The notes beneath the pieces are model-generated. The model was not told the origin of the DNA, made no database searches, and was given only the letters and a program-made list of their open reading frames with translations. A stretch of DNA of 50,477 bases from a virus (Duplodnaviria > Caudoviricetes): IMG/VR virus record IMGVR_UViG_3300020118_000066, positions 1 through 50,477 of that record; one strand, written 5' to 3'. Below are positions 45,913 to 50,477 of this stretch, piece after piece (position 1 is the stretch's first letter; each line of letters begins with the position of its first letter). Both the position numbers and the translations under genes were made by a program.

Positions 45913-46545
45913 ATGGCGTCGACTTCTGGGGCAGAGTGGAATCTTGCTACGGAGTTGGTTCCAAATCGATCGGAGATGGGACGTGTGCTTGGCGATGCGA
46001 AGGCTTGGAACGCAAGGGATTACGTTCTCTACGCCTTCTTGGCGCACACGGGCCTACGGATCTCAGAGGGGATCCACGTCCGTAAGAGCGATCTGGTGAA
46101 CGGCAAACTGCGGGTGATTCGGCGGAAGAAACGGGTGCTTCAGTTCTCGTCCGTCGAAATCAGCGATACGGTCTGGAAGCTCATGACGGAGTGGGCCGCG
46201 AAGTTCTCAGGCGATGAGTACCTGTTCCCAGGGAATGCCAAGCCCTGCATTATCAAGCGGCGTAACGGAAATGTGGAGCAAGTCCCGAACTGCACCGGCC
46301 ATCACCTTCACGTTAGGTCTGCTCAGACAAATTGGCGCGGCCTCATCTCTCGAGCTGGACTATACGTGAGGGGTCGTGGGGTGCATCAGTGCCGGCATTA
46401 CTTCGCCACCGAGATGTACGCAGCGACGAAGGATCTACGGGCTACCCAGGTGGCGCTGGCGCACAGCTCATCCACGATGACCGAGAAGTACGCCCATGTG
46501 GTCGACCAGCGCGAGAAGGTTAACCTCGTTCAGCCGGTGCTTTGA
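45913..46545 (+). CDS. Catalytic-domain-only tyrosine recombinase (FimB/FimE-like architecture)
   Basis: RDY...GLRISE, RRKK, HQCRH, LAHSS, TEKY; 210 aa; AGGAGG RBS. Confidence 0.88.
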   Translation: MASTSGAEWNLATELVPNRSEMGRVLGDAKAWNARDYVLYAFLAHTGLRISEGIHVRKSDLVNGKLRVIRRKKRVLQFSSVEISDTVWKLMTEWAAKFSGDEYLFPGNAKPCIIKRRNGNVEQVPNCTGHHLHVRSAQTNWRGLISRAGLYVRGRGVHQCRHYFATEMYAATKDLRATQVALAHSSSTMTEKYAHVVDQREKVNLVQPVL

Positions 46546-46675
46546 AATGGTTTTCGATGATCTCGTTCAGAATGAAAGCTACGGAGAGCCCTCTCTTATC
46601 GGAGAGGGCCTTCAGCTTCTCAAAGTTCTCGGCTTTGACGCCGAGAGAATGCCACTTCTCGCCAGTCTTTTTCAC
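46520..46675 (-). CDS. 51-aa ribbon-helix-helix regulator (not in ORF track)
   Basis: AAGGAAGG RBS, GTG start; KKTGEKWHSLGVKAENFEKLKALSDKRGLSVAFILNEIIENHFKAPAERG. Confidence 0.7.
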   Translation of the reverse strand: MKKTGEKWHSLGVKAENFEKLKALSDKRGLSVAFILNEIIENHFKAPAERG

Positions 46676-46703
46676 GGCCCTTCCTTTCTTAACCATCAAA
46701 CAC

Positions 46704-46731
46704 AGTATATCCGTACGTCAACTATTTTCAA
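46704..46731 (-). promoter_or_regulatory. Leftward promoter for the RHH gene
   Basis: TTGAAA-N16-TATACT on the minus strand. Confidence 0.55.
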
Positions 46732-46736
46732 GCGTA

Positions 46737-46778
46737 ATGCTGTTTTATGCTTGACAATGCTTGATTATGCTGTATGAT
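46737..46778 (+). promoter_or_regulatory. Rightward promoter overlapped by four phased ATGCT boxes
   Basis: TTGACA (46751)-N16-TATGAT (46773); ATGCT at 46737, 46747, 46757, 46767. Confidence 0.7.
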
Positions 46779-46828
46779 ACAGCTAGACGATTGGCAAGAA
46801 GAGACAAGGACAGATGAACGGAGGAAAT

Positions 46829-47005
46829 ATGAGCCACGGATTGAGCTACGCGGCGAATCGGATCGACCGGAAGCTGTTCTTTTCCTGGGACAAGGAGCAG
46901 AACGACACTGATTTCCTGCTTGTCCCCGAGGACTGGACGGACGAGTACGCCAAGACCCAGATCCCCAAGGGGGGATTCTTCATCTGCATCGAGAGGTTAG
47001 GCTAG
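46829..47005 (+). CDS. Hypothetical protein
   Basis: GGAGG RBS; first gene after the promoter. Confidence 0.55.
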   Translation: MSHGLSYAANRIDRKLFFSWDKEQNDTDFLLVPEDWTDEYAKTQIPKGGFFICIERLG

Positions 47006-47007
47006 TC

Positions 47008-47280
47008 ATGGGCATGAGCAGGGGCGGCGGGGGCTGCGAGAAGTGCCGCAACCCCCTGGAGAACCCGGAGGCGGTCATCGTGACTCATCGGTGCGCCCGA
47101 CGCTCTGCCTTCGACGGCTATCAGGAGCGGCGGTCGGATTGGTCGGCTGTGCAGTGTGTCTGGTGCGGGGTGTCATGGCGCACAAAGGCGAAATACGTTT
47201 CAGCCCGAAAGAACGCCCCTGAGAAGTATTGGAATATGACATTACCAGAACTCCGGGCTGCGCTTGGGATTGCGCAATAG
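47008..47280 (+). CDS. Putative zinc-binding protein
   Basis: CEKC, SAF.GY, S.WS.V.CxxC..WRTKA.YV. Confidence 0.65.
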   Translation: MGMSRGGGGCEKCRNPLENPEAVIVTHRCARRSAFDGYQERRSDWSAVQCVWCGVSWRTKAKYVSARKNAPEKYWNMTLPELRAALGIAQ

Positions 47281-47289
47281 GAGGAAAGT

Positions 47290-47724
47290 ATGAGCCGATC
47301 TGGATACTCGGACGACTGCGAAAATCTGGCGCTCTGGAGGCGGGCCGTGGAGAACGCCATCAAGGGCAAGCGCGGTCAGGCGATCCTGAAGGAGATGGAG
47401 GCCGCCCTACTCTCGCTGCCACAGAAGCGGCTGACGGCTTACGAGGTGGCGAACCCTGGAACCGGGGACGTCTGCGCCATCGGAGCCGTCGCCCTGAAGC
47501 GTAGGCTCGACAAGGGCATGGACCGTCTGAAGGCGCTCGAGGAGATCGACAAGGTTTACCCGGAGGGGTGCGAGGCCGACGAGTTCATGGAGGAATTCGA
47601 CGTCGCCGGGGCGCTCCTCCGAGAGATCACTTACATCAATGACGAATCCCAGCGCCATGACAGCCCGGAGAAGCGGTACGAGAAGATGCTTGAGTGGGTC
47701 CGCGAGAATATCGTGAAGGTCTAA
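47290..47724 (+). CDS. Phage hypothetical protein
   Basis: AGGAGG RBS; MSRSGYSDD...GKRGQA.L...VCA.GAV pattern recalled from other phage early regions. Confidence 0.75.
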   Translation: MSRSGYSDDCENLALWRRAVENAIKGKRGQAILKEMEAALLSLPQKRLTAYEVANPGTGDVCAIGAVALKRRLDKGMDRLKALEEIDKVYPEGCEADEFMEEFDVAGALLREITYINDESQRHDSPEKRYEKMLEWVRENIVKV

Positions 47725-47737
47725 AGTGGAGAAAGTC

Positions 47738-47863
47738 ATGAGCACAACCAATAACGAAATCGCCGGCGGGATCCTTGGGTGTGCCCTGCTTATCGGGATC
47801 GCGCTGATGCTGGCGATGTGCGCCGGGGTGGTGTTTTGGATCTGGAAACACGCACTTGCTTAG
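47738..47863 (+). CDS. 41-aa single-TM peptide (not in ORF track)
   Basis: GGAG RBS; MSTTNNEIAGGILGCALLIGIALMLAMCAGVVFWIWKHALA. Confidence 0.55.
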   Translation: MSTTNNEIAGGILGCALLIGIALMLAMCAGVVFWIWKHALA

Positions 47864-47901
47864 GGATGATTTTTCTACCACACTTTTGAAAGGGATGGGA
47901 C

Positions 47902-48210
47902 ATGGGCAGCAACAAAGATCGCGCGATCCGCTACCGGAAGCAGGGCAAGAGCTACGAGGAGATCGCCAAGACGCTCGACGTCAACAAGACCACCGTCTGG
48001 GGCTACCTGAAGGCCGCCGGCCTCGTCAAGAGCTACCGCAAGCCCGAGAAGATCGGCAAAAAGATCGGCCCACCGGATGAGCCCAAGAGCCGTATCCCCA
48101 TGGGCCTCAACGGCCTTTCGCGCCACTGGAGATCGGCCGAAAAGCTGATCGACCGCGCCAAGCGCATCAAGGCTGCGGTCAAGGAACTCAACAAGGCGCT
48201 CCACAGTTAG
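47902..48210 (+). CDS. Helix-turn-helix DNA-binding protein
   Basis: QGKSYEEIAKTLDVNKTTVWGYL. Confidence 0.8.
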   Translation: MGSNKDRAIRYRKQGKSYEEIAKTLDVNKTTVWGYLKAAGLVKSYRKPEKIGKKIGPPDEPKSRIPMGLNGLSRHWRSAEKLIDRAKRIKAAVKELNKALHS

Positions 48211-48230
48211 ACGAATGCGAGGGTACGACC

Positions 48231-48431
48231 TTGACGAATGACGAGCTGTCGAAGATCGCAGACAGGGCTACCGCCCCGACGTCGATGGGGTACGGCTTCA
48301 CTCACTACAGGCAAGATGTCCTTGCGCTGATGAAGGCCCTTCTGGAGGAGCGGAACGGCTTCGAGAAGCTGGCCGAGCGGGTCAAGAAGCTCGAGAGATT
48401 GATGGACTCAATTCACCCTGGGTGGGATTAG
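48231..48431 (+). CDS. Hypothetical coiled-coil protein
   Basis: In operon; GAGGG upstream. Confidence 0.5.
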   Translation: MTNDELSKIADRATAPTSMGYGFTHYRQDVLALMKALLEERNGFEKLAERVKKLERLMDSIHPGWD

Positions 48432-48462
48432 ACGTCACGACTGAACTTACTTTGATTTTTGA

Positions 48463-48762
48463 ATGGAGGAACAGGTGGCGAAAAACAAGGTGAGTCCCGT
48501 GGTCGTGACCACGGCCCATCGCGGAGTGTTCTTCGGGTACGGCGTCCCGTCACCCGAGAAGGTCATCCGGATCGAGAAGGCTCGCATGTGCGTCTACTGG
48601 GACACGGCGGCGAAGTCGGTCCTGGGCATGGCCGCGAACGGCCCCACCAAGGGCTGCCGGATCGGGCCTGCGGTTCCCGCGATCACGCTAACCGACGTGA
48701 CCTCGGTGATGGAGATTTCGGAAGACGCGGCGAAGAAATTCGAGGAGGCACCGTGGGCCTGA
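48463..48762 (+). CDS. DUF6948-like small protein
   Basis: V.VTT..RGVFFG, AR...YW, .A..GP....RI. Confidence 0.7.
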   Translation: MEEQVAKNKVSPVVVTTAHRGVFFGYGVPSPEKVIRIEKARMCVYWDTAAKSVLGMAANGPTKGCRIGPAVPAITLTDVTSVMEISEDAAKKFEEAPWA

Positions 48763-49364
48763 TCTTCCACTCCGGTAGCGCCGAGGCGGTAGCCGAGGCG
48801 CACGGCTCCGGCGACGGCTACGGCTCCGGCTCCGGCGACGGCTACGGCTACGGCTCCGGCTCCGGCGACGGCTACGGCTACGGCTCCGGCGACGGCTACG
48901 GCGACGGCTACGGCGACGGCGACGGCTACGGCTACGGCGACGGCTACGGCTACGGCTCCGGCTCCGGCGACGGCTACGGCTACGGCTCCGGCGACGGCTA
49001 CGGCTCCGGCGACGGCGTCAAGCTCTACTCCAAAGCTCTACTCGACGCCGCCGTAGGCGGCGACCGCGCCGCCCAGCTCCGCGCTGGCGGCGCAACGTTG
49101 GCCTATTGGCGCTCGAACAAGGAAGGTCGGCCGTGCAACGGCGGAAGCGGCGATCCCGTCAAGCCTGGGACGATCCACGAAGAGAGCGGCAAGACGCCGT
49201 GCCAGCGAGGGATGCTGCACGGAACGCTGGCCCCCTGGAAGTGGAAAGGCGAAAGGCTCTGGGTCGTGGCGCTCTGGAACGCGGTTGAAGTGGACGAGGA
49301 CAAGATGGCGGCCCCGAAGCGGGAGATCATCTGCGAAGTGCCGTGCTTCTGTCCTTCACGGTAG
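48753..49364 (+). CDS. Protein with (G-Y/D/S) repeat tract and Cys/His C-terminal domain
   Basis: GAGGAGG RBS before GTG 48753; GSGDGYGYG repeats. Confidence 0.7.
   Translation: MGLIFHSGSAEAVAEAHGSGDGYGSGSGDGYGYGSGSGDGYGYGSGDGYGDGYGDGDGYGYGDGYGYGSGSGDGYGYGSGDGYGSGDGVKLYSKALLDAAVGGDRAAQLRAGGATLAYWRSNKEGRPCNGGSGDPVKPGTIHEESGKTPCQRGMLHGTLAPWKWKGERLWVVALWNAVEVDEDKMAAPKREIICEVPCFCPSR
48804..49016 (+). repeat. Coding hexamer mosaic GGCTAC/GGCTCC/GGCGAC
   Basis: Uninterrupted GGC-NNC hexamers without synonymous variation. Confidence 0.9.
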
Positions 49365-49378
49365 ACCAAGTGTGACCT

Positions 49379-49582
49379 ATGACGAAGATCAAATCGCCCC
49401 CGGGACTTAGGCGGGTCGAAACGTCGCCCGCCGGACGAGATTGCTTCTGGTCCAAGAGGCACCGCACCGGCTGGGCTTGGCCGCAGTTGTTCAATCCGGA
49501 TCGGTTCTGGGTCATCTGGGACGGGCATCGGGTGGCGACGGCCTTCCCCAAGGAGTACCTGACGGAGATACGTGGTTCTTAG
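49379..49582 (+). CDS. Hypothetical Trp-rich protein
   Basis: In operon; weak RBS. Confidence 0.45.
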   Translation: MTKIKSPPGLRRVETSPAGRDCFWSKRHRTGWAWPQLFNPDRFWVIWDGHRVATAFPKEYLTEIRGS

Positions 49583-49691
49583 CGGATTACTACAGCAAAT
49601 GAAATGCGAGGGTGGACCAGAGGGGCGACAGTGGGGGAAAACCCATCGTCGAGGAGTCCTCTGGCCCACCCTGCGAAGGAGATTGTAGCTC

Positions 49692-50018
49692 ATGAGAAGC
49701 TATCCGGACGGTGACAGCATTCACGATGAATGCTCCAAGGCGTACCGCGAGATCGAAGCGGAAAACGCCAAGCTTCTTCTTCAGATCCAAGAGCATCAGA
49801 ACAAAGCCGCCGAGTGGGTCGAGTACGTCTTCGAAAAGAACACGGAGGCTCGATTCAAGACCGGCTACATGCGCGGCTTTGTCCAGGGGCTCGCGGAGGC
49901 GTTCCGGCAAGGGCTCCATTTAAAGCAGACCGAAAAGCGGGTTGATCTTGCACCGAAGAAGCCAGAGGACATCCAACTCCGCGAGTGGAAGCCGGATGTA
50001 TTCGGTGATGCCTACTAA
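49692..50018 (+). CDS. Hypothetical protein
   Basis: AAGGAGA RBS. Confidence 0.6.
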   Translation: MRSYPDGDSIHDECSKAYREIEAENAKLLLQIQEHQNKAAEWVEYVFEKNTEARFKTGYMRGFVQGLAEAFRQGLHLKQTEKRVDLAPKKPEDIQLREWKPDVFGDAY

Positions 50019-50055
50019 ATCTTGCAATCACTCCGACATGGAGACGGAGGACGAC

Positions 50056-50271
50056 ATGGGAAAGTTCTACAAGAGCGACGGGTACGAGAAAACGACGTGG
50101 AAGCACAACGTGAGCGCCGGGATGCGCCGGAGCGCGGCAGACCGTCGCTGCCCGAAGTGTGGGCGTGGTGGTGCGCTCAAGAGGGACAGCAACATCGCTA
50201 TCGGGACGGCGGTCTACTGCCGCTGGCCCGAGTGCGGGTACGAGCGGGTCAACGAACCTATTCGTGGATGA
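50056..50271 (+). CDS. Zinc-ribbon protein
   Basis: GGAGG RBS; CPKCG...C.WPECGY. Confidence 0.6.
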   Translation: MGKFYKSDGYEKTTWKHNVSAGMRRSAADRRCPKCGRGGALKRDSNIAIGTAVYCRWPECGYERVNEPIRG

Positions 50272-50290
50272 GCTATTCGGAGATAGACCG

Positions 50291-50477
50291 ATGATTACGA
50301 CGTGCTCCAAGTGCGCGGAAGCCTACGAGGCCGGGAGCGAAGAGCAAGCCTACCAAGCTGACCGACTCTGCCCTCGCTGCGTGGATTGGCCGGTGAAGTG
50401 CCCGGATTGTGGCGCTGGTCCGGTCTACTCCAAGACGATCACCTACACATTCCAGTACGGCCCCTATCCGAACGGCG
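50291..50477 (+). CDS. Multi-CxxC zinc protein, 3'-truncated (not in ORF track)
   Basis: GGAG RBS; CSKC, CPRC, CPDC; frame open to the window end. Confidence 0.55.
   Translation, partial: MITTCSKCAEAYEAGSEEQAYQADRLCPRCVDWPVKCPDCGAGPVYSKTITYTFQYGPYPNG

Larger units (their letters stand above)
1..50477. mobile_element. Tailed bacteriophage genome segment (Mu-like head module, terminase, tyrosine recombinases; probably temperate)
   Basis: TerS, TerL, portal, gpF-like, protease/scaffold, capsid, tail, recombination and replication genes in phage order, almost all on the + strand; no host housekeeping operon. Confidence 0.93.

Noticed and set aside
45623-46099. 158-aa ORF across the structured leader
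   Set aside because: Overlaps the recombinase out of frame; atypical composition; no clear RBS
48459-48752. N-terminal extension of the 301-aa ORF
   Set aside because: Overlaps the DUF6948-like gene; a strong RBS supports the start at 48753
48804-49016. Repeat array as CRISPR
   Set aside because: In-frame hexamers with no unique spacers and no cas genes
1-50477. Terminal repeats, tRNA genes, reverse transcriptase, Mu transposase
   Set aside because: None recognised by eye; window ends do not overlap

Overview
The whole window reads as one tailed-phage genome segment, probably near-complete and permuted, with no terminal overlap visible. Gene order: partial 2OG-Fe(II) oxygenase; RepA/AAA_25-type helicase followed by an iteron-like palindromic array (candidate origin); a SecD-P1-like moron; TerS/TerL; Mu-like (DUF935) portal; a ~9 kb translationally coupled cassette wedged between portal and the Mu-gpF-like gene; Mu-like head genes; a divergent tail module with Pro/Thr/Gly-rich proteins and a beta-helix fibre; a second GT-A; a lysis-like locus with a class-3 lipase and no recognisable endolysin; a metallophosphoesterase; a XerC-like recombinase; and an early region. 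The 9 kb cassette holds about 6 glycosyltransferase-like genes, 3-4 SAM methyltransferases, a prolyl-4-hydroxylase and a tandem two-domain GroES. The early region holds a Sak4-like ATPase, a DUF669 SSB, an SF2 helicase, a short FimB-like recombinase, an RHH regulator with phased operators and many small genes. The best candidate for an undescribed system is a phage-encoded proline-hydroxylation, glycosylation and glycan-methylation pathway, with plausible substrates among the virion's own Pro/Thr/Gly-rich tail proteins. All family calls come from motif recognition by eye; no searches were run.
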